29,146 bases of DNA from Methanocellales archaeon (GCA_038850285.1 JAWCMA010000002.1:11905-41050), one strand, 5' to 3'. Positions 17,586 to 26,685 are shown, counted from the first letter of the stretch. The notes: generated by a model not told the origin, from the sequence alone. Translations and numbers: made by a program.

Positions 17586-18569
17586 TCAAATCCTCCTTAA
17601 TTTCATGAGTAGTATATAGAGCACTCCAGCTGAAATCAAGCTTGGGATCGAGGAGCCAATCCAAAGTGCATAGCTATAGCAAAGCTGATAAGTTATCACT
17701 CCATCGAGCCAAGCTATAATTGCAAATACATTTACTCCATTTTTATACCAATACTTGCTATCACTAGCTTTGTAAAGTTCCTCCAACTCAAGCTTTTTCT
17801 TTCTCATTATGAAGTAGTCAAAGAGAATAATTCCAAATAAAGGTGAAAATACCGAGCCGAGCAGGAGCAGGAAATATTCATATTGGGTAACTGGAAAAAC
17901 AAGTGCAATTAAAGTGCCAACTATACCATAAATCAAAATTCCTTTTCTCTCCCCAATTTTCGAAAGGATATTCAAAGTTGAGATCGCAGTTGAATATATA
18001 TCCATAAAAGTAGTGGTAAAGGTGGAGAGGAGCACTATGAATAGCGCAGCTGTGCTAAAACCAAGAGCTAGCATCATTGGCACTATATCTGCATTTCCAG
18101 TTGCAATAACTGCGCAGTAACCAATGGCATACATCCAACTGCTTACTATGAAATACCCCAGCCATGTGCCAAATGCGCTTTCTTTAACCTCTTTGGAAAA
18201 ACGAGAGTAGTCAGCAGCTAATGGCAGCCAGGAAAGTGGCATTGCTATGACTATGTCAAGTGCAACTGCAAAGCTTAGCTCTCCATTGCCTTGATATGAA
18301 AAAAACTGGGTTGCATAGCCTGCGAATACCGAATAAGTTATGCAAGCTAGCAAAAGGCCAAGCAATATAACTGCTCCTCTCTCTAAGAGTTTCCAGTATC
18401 CCTTGCCCATGAATGACCAAGCCGTGGTAACTGCACCTATGATCACGATCCAGAGGTAAATATTTGCAAAGCCGAATTCCTGGGATATTTCATTTGCACT
18501 GCTTGCGCCTATTATTATCATTATAGCTGTCCAGCCGCTCGCTGCTTTTTCAACTGGCTTTATTTCCAT
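17586..18569 (-). CDS. cytX: NCS1/CytX-like hydroxymethylpyrimidine permease, apparently internally deleted (possible pseudogene)
   Basis: MPLSWLPLAADYSRF, STFTTTFMDIYS, FLLLLGSVFSPLFGI and DYF motifs; only 327 aa. Confidence 0.75.
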   Translation of the reverse strand: MEIKPVEKAASGWTAIMIIIGASSANEISQEFGFANIYLWIVIIGAVTTAWSFMGKGYWKLLERGAVILLGLLLACITYSVFAGYATQFFSYQGNGELSFAVALDIVIAMPLSWLPLAADYSRFSKEVKESAFGTWLGYFIVSSWMYAIGYCAVIATGNADIVPMMLALGFSTAALFIVLLSTFTTTFMDIYSTAISTLNILSKIGERKGILIYGIVGTLIALVFPVTQYEYFLLLLGSVFSPLFGIILFDYFIMRKKKLELEELYKASDSKYWYKNGVNVFAIIAWLDGVITYQLCYSYALWIGSSIPSLISAGVLYILLMKLRRI

Positions 18570-18577
18570 GGTAACCT

Positions 18578-19126
18578 CTAGAGTTTTATCACTATGTCGA
18601 CTTCTTTCATTAGTTTTTCCACTTTCTGGCGCTCAATAAAGCTTATATTCGAGCCTATGTCCTCTAATAGCGCATTGCCGTAGTAGCTGTTTATTATAGC
18701 TGTTTCTGCTTTCTTCAAACATTTGGAGATTAACTCATAGTCTCCAGCTTGAAGATATAGTGAGACATCATTTATGATGAGATATCTTGTTGGATGCTCG
18801 AGGTAGTGCTTTAAAAATGGTTCGATATTTTTTGCATTTTGCTTCGCAAGTTCAATTACCTCGGCTCCACTCTTGCCTTCCAGTCTGGGTGCTGCTACTT
18901 TTTCGGGAGCATAGTAATTTTTGGGCATTCTCTTGAGATATTGCTTCACCCGCAGACCTATTTTTCCATATTCAGGGGCGAAATCTAATATTGTTATATC
19001 TTCCTCTGGATTTTGCTTTAATATTTCTTGGATTAACTTTGCTGTATAAGCGGTTTTCCCTCTCCTAACATCTCCTACTATTAATATCTTCTTCCCTTTT
19101 AATTCACTCGAAGCCTGTGAAGCCAC
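18578..19126 (-). CDS. Uncharacterised P-loop NTP-binding protein
   Basis: KKILIVGDVRRGKT (Walker A-like) and YLIIND (Walker B-like); overlaps the thiW end by 23 nt and ends 8 nt before cytX. Confidence 0.7.
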   Translation of the reverse strand: MASQASSELKGKKILIVGDVRRGKTAYTAKLIQEILKQNPEEDITILDFAPEYGKIGLRVKQYLKRMPKNYYAPEKVAAPRLEGKSGAEVIELAKQNAKNIEPFLKHYLEHPTRYLIINDVSLYLQAGDYELISKCLKKAETAIINSYYGNALLEDIGSNISFIERQKVEKLMKEVDIVIKL

Positions 19127-19598
19127 TTTTTCTAAGCCCCTTCACAACTACAAATCCTAATATTGCTCCTGGGATGCTGCTCGCTAGAAATGCGATTAGA
19201 AATGCGATGATGCTCATTTCCCTGCCTATCATTGGTGCAACTATTAATCCTGAGATTATCGCACCAATTGCTGTGCCCACTGGTTCTGTTAAAGCTGCAT
19301 AATCTCTTCTCCAGAGATAGTGATACACTAATCCCACCATCAGTGCCCCTGGAATTCCTCCTGGAAATGCAAATACTGTACCAGTGCCTAGCATATTTCG
19401 AAGTATGCCAGCTGCTGTGGCAACTGCTATCGCATATAGTGGGCCTAGAAATATTCCCGCTATGGCGTTAACCATGTGCTGAAAGGGGTATACCTTCGTT
19501 GGCCCCACTGGAAAAAAGGCGTAGGAGAATACAACTGCAATTGCGGTTAAGACAACTGCTCCAGCTATTTTTTTAGTATGAGACATATCCATCTTCAT
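19104..19598 (-). CDS. thiW: ECF S-component ThiW (thiazole precursor transporter)
   Basis: PFQHMVNAIAGIFLGP, RNMLGTGTVFAFPG, EPVGT and FLASSIPG. Start at ATG 19598, 19592 or 19586; the longer ORF-track start would overlap ecfA. Confidence 0.92.
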   Translation of the reverse strand: MKMDMSHTKKIAGAVVLTAIAVVFSYAFFPVGPTKVYPFQHMVNAIAGIFLGPLYAIAVATAAGILRNMLGTGTVFAFPGGIPGALMVGLVYHYLWRRDYAALTEPVGTAIGAIISGLIVAPMIGREMSIIAFLIAFLASSIPGAILGFVVVKGLRKSGFTGFE

Positions 19599-19659
19599 AA
19601 ATCGTTTATATAAACTATTTATAGTAATTAGTGCTTGTATATAAAATTTGAGGAATTGG
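19599..19659. promoter_or_regulatory. Compact divergent promoter region with candidate ThiR operator
   Basis: Perfect palindrome GTTTATATAAAC (19604-19615) overlapping TATAAA-CTA-TTTATA (19609-19623); TATA-like boxes on both strands; thiR lies in the rightward operon. Confidence 0.55.
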
Positions 19660-20484
19660 ATGAGGAGCGTAATTGAGATCAAAAATCTTAGCTATAAATA
19701 TCCAAATAGCTCCATATCAGTGCTTAATAATATAAATTTGGAAATTTCAAGAGGAGAATTCATTTTAATAGCAGGTCGAACTGGAAGTGGGAAGAGCTCG
19801 CTCTGTAAAGCAATTGTTGGTTTGATTCCAAATTTTTATAAAGGCGACTTCGCAGGAGAGGTAAAAGTTTTGGGAGAGAGCACGCTTAGGCAAAAAATAG
19901 CGGGTAAAATAGGCATGATTTTTCAAAACCCAGAGGATCAAATTTTGACAATGCAGGTGGAAAGTGAAATTGCATTCGGGCTAGAAAACCTAGGCCTGCC
20001 AAGAGCGGAAATAGCTCAAAGGGTGGAAGAGGCAATTTCACAGCTTCAAATTGAATATCTTAGGGAGAGGTCGCCCTATGAAATCTCAAGTGGAGAACTT
20101 CAAAAAGTTGCAATTGCTTCGATTCTAGCAATGAAGCCAGAGGTCTTGATACTTGATGAGCCTACTTCGGATCTCGATCCCCAGAGTGCAATAAATCTAT
20201 TTAAAATTTTAACATCTTTACATAATCAAGGAAAAACCATCATTTTGGTTGAGCATAGACTGGATCAAGTTCTAGCAATTGTGAATAAAGTTGCTATCTT
20301 AGAGCAGGGAAAAATCCTAGCTCTAGGTAGCCCTAGAGAGGTTATTCGAAATTTTGAACTGGAAAAAATTGGGATAAGAATTCCAAGAATTTGCAAACTA
20401 GCTAAGCAGCTTGGGATGGAGAAAATTCCCTTGAGTGTGGAGGAATTCATAGAGGAGTGGCGGCATTTATGCAAATTGAATTAA
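19660..20484 (+). CDS. ecfA: ECF transporter ATPase (EcfA)
   Basis: GRTGSGKS, FQNPEDQ, ISSGELQK, LILDEPT and VEH motifs. Confidence 0.92.
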   Translation: MRSVIEIKNLSYKYPNSSISVLNNINLEISRGEFILIAGRTGSGKSSLCKAIVGLIPNFYKGDFAGEVKVLGESTLRQKIAGKIGMIFQNPEDQILTMQVESEIAFGLENLGLPRAEIAQRVEEAISQLQIEYLRERSPYEISSGELQKVAIASILAMKPEVLILDEPTSDLDPQSAINLFKILTSLHNQGKTIILVEHRLDQVLAIVNKVAILEQGKILALGSPREVIRNFELEKIGIRIPRICKLAKQLGMEKIPLSVEEFIEEWRHLCKLN

Positions 20485-21269
20485 GAAATGCGAGCTATAA
20501 ATATGAAGAAAGTGAAAAATATGCTTTAAAAAATATAAATCTTAAAATAAATACTGGGGAGATAATTGCAATTGCGGGCAAAAATGGCTCAGGTAAAACA
20601 ACCCTTGCCAAGTTAATCCTAGGCTTGCTTAAACCAACCTCAGGCTCGAGATATATAAATGGAAAAAAGCAAGGGAAGAGCAAAGTTGGCTTGGTATTTC
20701 AAAATCCACTTCATCAGCTCTTTTGCGATAGTGTTGGCGAGGAAATTGCTTTTGGATTAAAAAATTTAGGCTTGCCGAAAAATAAGATGGAGCAGCGTAT
20801 AAATGCACTTTTGAAGCAGCACGAGCTATTCAACCATAGAGATAAACACCCTCTAGCTTTGAGCGAGGGTGAGAGAAAAGCCCTAGCACTGGTTTCCATC
20901 CTTGCAATGGATCCCGATTTCCTCATCCTAGATGAACCTACACTTGGTCAAGACTTGCTGCATCAACAGAAATTAAAAGCACTGCTCAAGAGCTTAGCTG
21001 ATAACGGAAAAGGAATAATCATAATCTCCCACGACTTGGAATTTATTTCGGAGATCGCCCAGAGAGTTATTCTCATGCTAAATGGAGAAATCCTTGCAGA
21101 TGGGAGAGCAGAGGAAATTCTATTTGATGAAGAACTTCTGGAGAAATGTGGATTAACAATGCCTGCAATTCCCAAGCTAGTCAAAATACTTTCACTTAAT
21201 CCAACTCTATCGGAGGAGGAAGTCCTCTCACAGCTGATTAAAATGAAGGGAGCTCTAAAATGCTCTTGA
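20469..21269 (+). CDS. ECF transporter ATPase (EcfA')
   Basis: GKNGSGKT, FQNP, LSEGERK, LILDEPT and ISHD motifs; ATG 20469 after GAGGAG. Confidence 0.92.
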   Translation: MQIELRNASYKYEESEKYALKNINLKINTGEIIAIAGKNGSGKTTLAKLILGLLKPTSGSRYINGKKQGKSKVGLVFQNPLHQLFCDSVGEEIAFGLKNLGLPKNKMEQRINALLKQHELFNHRDKHPLALSEGERKALALVSILAMDPDFLILDEPTLGQDLLHQQKLKALLKSLADNGKGIIIISHDLEFISEIAQRVILMLNGEILADGRAEEILFDEELLEKCGLTMPAIPKLVKILSLNPTLSEEEVLSQLIKMKGALKCS

Positions 21270-21970
21270 GATTCAAATTTGAGAAAAAAAATTCATTCAT
21301 GCATAAACTTGATCCTAGAGCTAAGCTGCTGCTCGCTATAGCACTAGCGAGTTATACATTTACAGAAAAAATATATATTCATTTTTTAATATTTTTAATA
21401 GTATTTTTAATCTCTGGGATTGGAAAAGTGCTCAAGACATTTATAAGAATTGCACTTTCTTCTATTCCTATATTTATATTTATATTCAGCTTGAATTACC
21501 TCTACTCAGGTTTAGAGTATGCTCTTTCTATTTCCCTTAGATTTTTAAATTTGATCCTCATATCTTCAGCTATTTTCCTAACAACCACGCCAGATGAACT
21601 TGGCCTTGCACTCAACGTTCGAGGAATCCCCCAGAGCTTTAGCTTTATACTAGTTTCAGCAGCGAGATTTATGCATCTTATCTCAAGGGAAGCAGATGAA
21701 ATCTCCCAAGCCTACATCGCTAGAGGCGGATCCCTAGGAAGGGGTATTTTTGATAGATTAAAAGTTTACAAAGCAATTTTGATCCCGCTGATAGCTATTT
21801 CAATTAGAAGGTCGTTAACCATGGCTGAAGCACTTGAGATGCGTGCTTATGGAACAGCTAGGAGAACGAGTTTGAGGGAGATAAAAATAGGCCAGGGAGA
21901 TATTCTAGTTCTGCTAATTTCATTAATTTTAATTTCAATTCGAATTGGAAGCATGGGAGGGAGATTATGA
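21260..21970 (+). CDS. ecfT: ECF transporter transmembrane component (EcfT)
   Basis: HKLDPRAKL, LTTTPDEL, ARG and EMRAY motifs; several TM segments. Confidence 0.92.
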   Translation: MLLRFKFEKKNSFMHKLDPRAKLLLAIALASYTFTEKIYIHFLIFLIVFLISGIGKVLKTFIRIALSSIPIFIFIFSLNYLYSGLEYALSISLRFLNLILISSAIFLTTTPDELGLALNVRGIPQSFSFILVSAARFMHLISREADEISQAYIARGGSLGRGIFDRLKVYKAILIPLIAISIRRSLTMAEALEMRAYGTARRTSLREIKIGQGDILVLLISLILISIRIGSMGGRL

Positions 21971-22887
21971 AGCCACCTTGTGAAATTGTAACTAAAAAGC
22001 TATTGCCAAGTATTCGCGCTTTGATTGTAAAAGAGCTTTCAATCAATTACACTCAAGCTGAAATCGCGAATCTCTTGAACATCTCCCAGCCGGCGGTTAA
22101 CTATTATTTGAAATTGATTGAGAAAAAACGGCTTGAGCAAAAGTATCCCTTGATAAAAAAAGAGGAGATCCAAAGCATAGCAATGGAAATGGTAAATTCA
22201 ATTCAAGCTTCAGGAAATATAAGTGAGTCAATCGCAATGGTCTGCGAGGTGTGCAGAGCAATGAGGGCAAATGGCTTGCTATGTACTTTGCATAAAGAAG
22301 AACTTCCAATGCTCTCACAGCTCCAGATATGCAAACTTTGCATAAAGAGAATAGAGAAAATGAATAGTAGAATCCAAGTAATCTCAGAGTTAGCAGAAAT
22401 AGTTAGCGCGCTCGAGGAAGAAGCAATTGCAGAGTTGATACCTGAAATAGGCATGAATATTGCATATGCTCTCGAAAAACCAAGCTCCCCCCGAGATGTA
22501 GCCTCGTTTCCAGGCAGAATTATAAAAGTTAAGGGTAAACCGACAGCAACTGCGATTCCTGAATTCGGCGTAAGTCCAACTCTCTCGGCGATTTTGATCA
22601 AGTTAAATCAACTGGGCTCAGACCAGAGATGCTTGATTTATATAAAAAATAGTGAGGTAGTGAGAGAAGCAGTTAAAAGTCTGAATTTCAAATATGTTGA
22701 GACAGAAGAAGCGGATAGAAACTGGAATTCAACTTTGGTTCAAATTGCAAGCAAGATCGATTTAAACCAGCTTGAAGTAATCCTAGATGGTGGAGGACTG
22801 GGACTTGAGCCTCTTGCATATATATTCGCAAGGAATCCAAGCGAAGCAATTGCGAAGCTGAAAAAGATCGCTTATCAAATAAAATAA
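21967..22887 (+). CDS. thiR: ThiR-type regulator (XRE-like HTH, Cys-rich segment, ThiN-like sensor domain)
   Basis: PPCE...TQAEIANLLNISQPAVNYY (HTH), CEVC/CTLH/CKLC, LIPEIGMNIAYA, FPGRI and GGLGLEP; thiamine gene context. Confidence 0.85.
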   Translation: MKPPCEIVTKKLLPSIRALIVKELSINYTQAEIANLLNISQPAVNYYLKLIEKKRLEQKYPLIKKEEIQSIAMEMVNSIQASGNISESIAMVCEVCRAMRANGLLCTLHKEELPMLSQLQICKLCIKRIEKMNSRIQVISELAEIVSALEEEAIAELIPEIGMNIAYALEKPSSPRDVASFPGRIIKVKGKPTATAIPEFGVSPTLSAILIKLNQLGSDQRCLIYIKNSEVVREAVKSLNFKYVETEEADRNWNSTLVQIASKIDLNQLEVILDGGGLGLEPLAYIFARNPSEAIAKLKKIAYQIK

Positions 22888-22899
22888 ATATTATAAATA

Positions 22900-23493
22900 T
22901 TATAAAAATATTAACATTGCAATGCTCATAGCAGTGCCTGAGAGTATTGGAATTGTGAGATTATCATCAAGCATTTCATCAAACAAATTCAAAGGCAAGG
23001 AATCTGCAAGAGCAGCTACCACTGCACCTATTAGCGCGGCTTCAAAAGGAAGAAAAGGATAAGCTAGCAATAAGCAAATGATGAGCATTAGCATAAATAA
23101 ATGTACAGGTTTTCTCCTTCTGGATTCCTTAAATCCCCCTATCTTAATTTCAAAAGCAGCGCCTGCTATTCCACAGATGCTATCTCCAATTGCTAACATC
23201 AGCAGCGTGGATATGGCAATTTCTTTTTGAAAAAATAGGATTGCGAAGAGCGCGGAAAAAGCAAAGTAAAGCGCCCCTGAAATACTAAGGTACTCGTGGG
23301 AGCGGGCGAAGGAAATTTGCCATTCATATTTTAAGCGAAGCCATTCTATGGAAAGAGCAGCTAAAAAGCAAATTGAAAGAACTATAATAGCGATCTCCCA
23401 AACAGCAAATATATATAAAATTGGAATTAGAGAGCCACTTATATGTATAGTTTTTCGCTTCAGCTCTCTCTCAAGCAAACTTGGCATTGGCAT
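22900..23493 (-). CDS. CTP-dependent polyprenol/dolichol/phytol kinase-like membrane protein
   Basis: RKTIHISG, IGDSICGIAG and DDNLTIP motifs; hydrophobic throughout. Confidence 0.82.
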   Translation of the reverse strand: MPMPSLLERELKRKTIHISGSLIPILYIFAVWEIAIIVLSICFLAALSIEWLRLKYEWQISFARSHEYLSISGALYFAFSALFAILFFQKEIAISTLLMLAIGDSICGIAGAAFEIKIGGFKESRRRKPVHLFMLMLIICLLLAYPFLPFEAALIGAVVAALADSLPLNLFDEMLDDNLTIPILSGTAMSIAMLIFL

Positions 23494-23494
23494 T

Positions 23495-25249
23495 TTAATT
23501 TATAGGCTTGCCTAGGCTTTCGAATTTGATTTCCCCGTAGATTAGCTTCCTAATGGTATCTGCAATGCCTTCGACTGGAATTCGAATTTGCTTCATTGTC
23601 TCTCTATCTCTTATTGTAACAGTGTTATCCTTCAGCGTGTCGAAGTCAATTGTTAAAGCAAAGGGTGTGCCTGCTTCATCATTCCTCCTATACCTTCTGC
23701 CTATAGTGCCTGAGTCATCATATTCAGCCATTATTCTCTTAGATCTGAGTTCTCTAAATATCTGCTGAGCTTTTTCAATTAACTCCTCGCGGGAGAGCAA
23801 TGGTAAAACTGCAACTTGAATGGGTGCTACCTCGGGTGGTAGTGAGAGTACTACTCTAGTTTTCTCTTCACCCTCCTCCGCTCCTTCTACCTCGACTTCT
23901 TTATAGCAGGATTCTAAAACGCCATAAAAGGTTCGATCGATTCCAAAACTTGGTTCAATCACATGTGGTATTACATATTCCCCTCGAATTTCCTCTGTTA
24001 TGGTTTCATATTTAACCATTTTTCTATCAACTTCTATTTGCTCGCTATCGATGTTAACAATTATTTTATCCCTATTGAGCTCTTCCTCTGAGAGTGATTT
24101 TAAAGCAGCTGCTATTTTATCTGCTTTATCCTTATAAATAGGACCAATTTGAGATAGATCTGGCTTCACTACTAGTCTTTTCACAATCTTCGGTTTATCG
24201 TATGGTAGGAAGACGCTCATATCAACGCCACTGAGCTTTTGATGATTAGTTAAGTCATAGTTTGTTCTATCCGCTACCCCCACTGCTTCAACCCAGCCAA
24301 ATCTCTCAGTATAAATTTCTGCATCCCAGCAGTCAGAAGCATAATGTGCTCTTTCGGTGGACTTATGCTGTCTAAATCTAAGTCTTTCATCGCTAATTCC
24401 AACTCTCCTCAGGAAGAGATATGTTAGAGCCATTTGATACGCAAGCATTTGATGTGCAATTATTCCCTGCTTAACTGCTTCTCCAAAGCTCATCCTTTTG
24501 GGATCTCCTCCCGCGATTTGATCCTTTTCTGAATATATAGCTGTTACAATGTTTGCCACTTTGCTAAAATTAGGATGTCTTTTATCCCGCGGATCGATGA
24601 AGTATTCCAGCTCAGTTTGAGTGAACTCTCGAAGTCTAATTATACCCTGCCTTGGAGAGATTTCATTTCTATAGGACTTGCCAACTTGAGTAGCGCCAAA
24701 TGGAAGCTTATCTCGATAGAATTTAAGCAGTCTGGGAAAATCTACAAACATACCCTGAGCAGTTTCAGGTCTGAGATATGCAACGTGCTTGCCTCCTGGC
24801 CCTATGGTTGTTTTAAACATGAGATTATATTGATATACATCTCCAAGGTTTCCACCGCATTCGGGGCAGCGCACTTCATATTTTTTTATCAAATCAGTCA
24901 AAACTTCCGCGGTAAATGTGGGTGGCATTTTCACCCCAGCACCTTCAATAACGTGATCCGCGCGATATACTTCGCCGCATTTCTGGCACTCGGTCAGGGG
25001 ATCAACGAAGCCTTTGACATGACCAGAGGCTATGAAAACTTCTTCCACGCCGATAGTTGGGGCTTCAATTTCATAGTTACCCTCTTGAACCACGAATATA
25101 TCCCTCCACACATCCTCGATTCTCCGCTTCATCATCGCACCTAAAGGCCCAAAATCCCAGAAACCAGCTGTGCCTCCATATATCTCAAAAGACGGCCAGA
25201 GAAAGCCCCTCCGCCTTGCTAGCTCTATCACTTTCTCATATTTATCCAT
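23495..25249 (-). CDS. glyS: Glycine--tRNA ligase (alpha2, archaeal/eukaryotic type)
   Basis: LRPETAQG, RNEISPRQGIIRLREFTQ, HVIEPSFGIDR and anticodon-domain GTIGRRYRR; ATG 25249 after GGAGG. Confidence 0.97.
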   Translation of the reverse strand: MDKYEKVIELARRRGFLWPSFEIYGGTAGFWDFGPLGAMMKRRIEDVWRDIFVVQEGNYEIEAPTIGVEEVFIASGHVKGFVDPLTECQKCGEVYRADHVIEGAGVKMPPTFTAEVLTDLIKKYEVRCPECGGNLGDVYQYNLMFKTTIGPGGKHVAYLRPETAQGMFVDFPRLLKFYRDKLPFGATQVGKSYRNEISPRQGIIRLREFTQTELEYFIDPRDKRHPNFSKVANIVTAIYSEKDQIAGGDPKRMSFGEAVKQGIIAHQMLAYQMALTYLFLRRVGISDERLRFRQHKSTERAHYASDCWDAEIYTERFGWVEAVGVADRTNYDLTNHQKLSGVDMSVFLPYDKPKIVKRLVVKPDLSQIGPIYKDKADKIAAALKSLSEEELNRDKIIVNIDSEQIEVDRKMVKYETITEEIRGEYVIPHVIEPSFGIDRTFYGVLESCYKEVEVEGAEEGEEKTRVVLSLPPEVAPIQVAVLPLLSREELIEKAQQIFRELRSKRIMAEYDDSGTIGRRYRRNDEAGTPFALTIDFDTLKDNTVTIRDRETMKQIRIPVEGIADTIRKLIYGEIKFESLGKPIN

Positions 25250-25485
25250 TGAAAATCCTCCATCCAAGCCGCTTGAGTAAAAAAATAAGCATATAGGTTT
25301 ATAAATATTACTAAGCGCTTATTTTATAAGTTGATTCTTTATCAAGCAGGCAGACTGAAAATATATAGTGTTGGCGCTTATGATTGACTTTATACTTAAT
25401 GATTGCTCCTACAGGAGCAGCTCTTCACATGTCCAACGAAAATTTATTATACATTGAGATCCAACTGGGGAATCAGGGGGTAAAT

Positions 25486-26064
25486 GTGAGTCTAAAAATT
25501 TTATATGCAATGCTATTAGTCGCAATTGCACTCAGCGTCAGTGGATGCGCAGGTCCTTCTCCCCCTCCAGCTACTCCAATACTCACTCCAACACCTATTG
25601 GTACAGCCACCCCTAGACCTGGCAGTGTCCCAGCAGTTGATTTCAATGAGCTGATAAAATTTTTGCCACACGCGCCATCGGGCTATGAAGCGAGGGAACC
25701 GCAAGGTGGGAAAATTACAACTCAAGAGGGATCATATAGTTATGCCTCAAGAGATTATGTTTCAAGAGACTACACCAAACCCTCTGAGGCATCAGTTTTC
25801 ATAATGGACTCAGCTTATTACACAGTGGGATATTTTACTGCTTGGAAGTCTTTTATTGCATATGAAACAACTGAGGGCTATGTTAAGGCCGAAAATGTAG
25901 CAGGATATCCAGCTTGGAAGGTTTATGAGAAGAAGGATAATGAATATTCGCTGTATGTAGCCTTAAGTGATAGATTCTTGGTATTCATTCATGCATATGA
26001 TGAAACAGTGTTGAATGAATTGAAAAATTCAATCGACTATAAAGGAATAGGAGCATTGCATTAA
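25486..26064 (+). CDS. Predicted lipoprotein with Pro/Thr linker and globular domain
   Basis: GTG 25486 after AGGGGG; signal peptide KILYAMLLVAIALSVSG-C (lipobox) and PSPPPATPILTPTP linker. Confidence 0.8.
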   Translation: MSLKILYAMLLVAIALSVSGCAGPSPPPATPILTPTPIGTATPRPGSVPAVDFNELIKFLPHAPSGYEAREPQGGKITTQEGSYSYASRDYVSRDYTKPSEASVFIMDSAYYTVGYFTAWKSFIAYETTEGYVKAENVAGYPAWKVYEKKDNEYSLYVALSDRFLVFIHAYDETVLNELKNSIDYKGIGALH

Positions 26065-26091
26065 GAAATAGATTGAAGGAAGGAAGACAAT

Positions 26092-26685
26092 ATGGATTTG
26101 AATAAGGTTCGCGATAGAGCTTTAAGTATTGTAAAAAACCCACTAACTGAACTTACGAAGGTGAAAGCTGAAGAAATCAAGCCGATGGATTTAATTACGC
26201 AGTATATTGCAATCTTAGCAGTGATACCAGCGATAGCAACGATCATTGGCTGGGGATTTGTTGGAGTTGGTTTCTTCAGATATTCAATTATAGCGGCAAT
26301 TGTTGGGGGCATTTTAACCTATATTTTGAGTATAGCAGGTGTATATATATCTGGCATTGTGATTAATACTCTTGCTCCAAACTTTGCCTCAAAACAGAGC
26401 GATGTTCAAGCGATGAAGCTTGCAGCCTATGCAGCTACACCAGGATTATTGGGAGGGATATTCAACATCATACCCATGTTAAGCATTCTTGCTTTCCTAT
26501 GCTCCCTCTATGGTTTATACATTCTCTATCTTGGCATCCCTGTGCTTATGGAAACACCCAAAGACAAAGTATTGATTTATACCATTGCAGTCATAGTTGT
26601 AATGATAGTAATCTATTTCATAATCGGAGCAATAACTGGGACCATAATGACCGCAATGAGTCCAATGCCCTATATATATAGGTAA
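26092..26685 (+). CDS. Yip1-domain membrane protein
   Basis: IVKNP..E, ILAVIPAI, LAPNF, AMKLAAYAATP and LYGLYILYLGIPVLM; about 5 TM segments. Confidence 0.88.
   Translation: MDLNKVRDRALSIVKNPLTELTKVKAEEIKPMDLITQYIAILAVIPAIATIIGWGFVGVGFFRYSIIAAIVGGILTYILSIAGVYISGIVINTLAPNFASKQSDVQAMKLAAYAATPGLLGGIFNIIPMLSILAFLCSLYGLYILYLGIPVLMETPKDKVLIYTIAVIVVMIVIYFIIGAITGTIMTAMSPMPYIYR

Noticed and set aside
25270-25485. Palindromes TAAGCGCTTA and TGCTCCT-AC-AGGAGCA (25404-25419) in the glyS/lipoprotein gap; longer ORF start at 25384
   Set aside because: Short isolated palindromes with no recognisable RNA family; the longer start would bury the signal peptide, so GTG 25486 is preferred.
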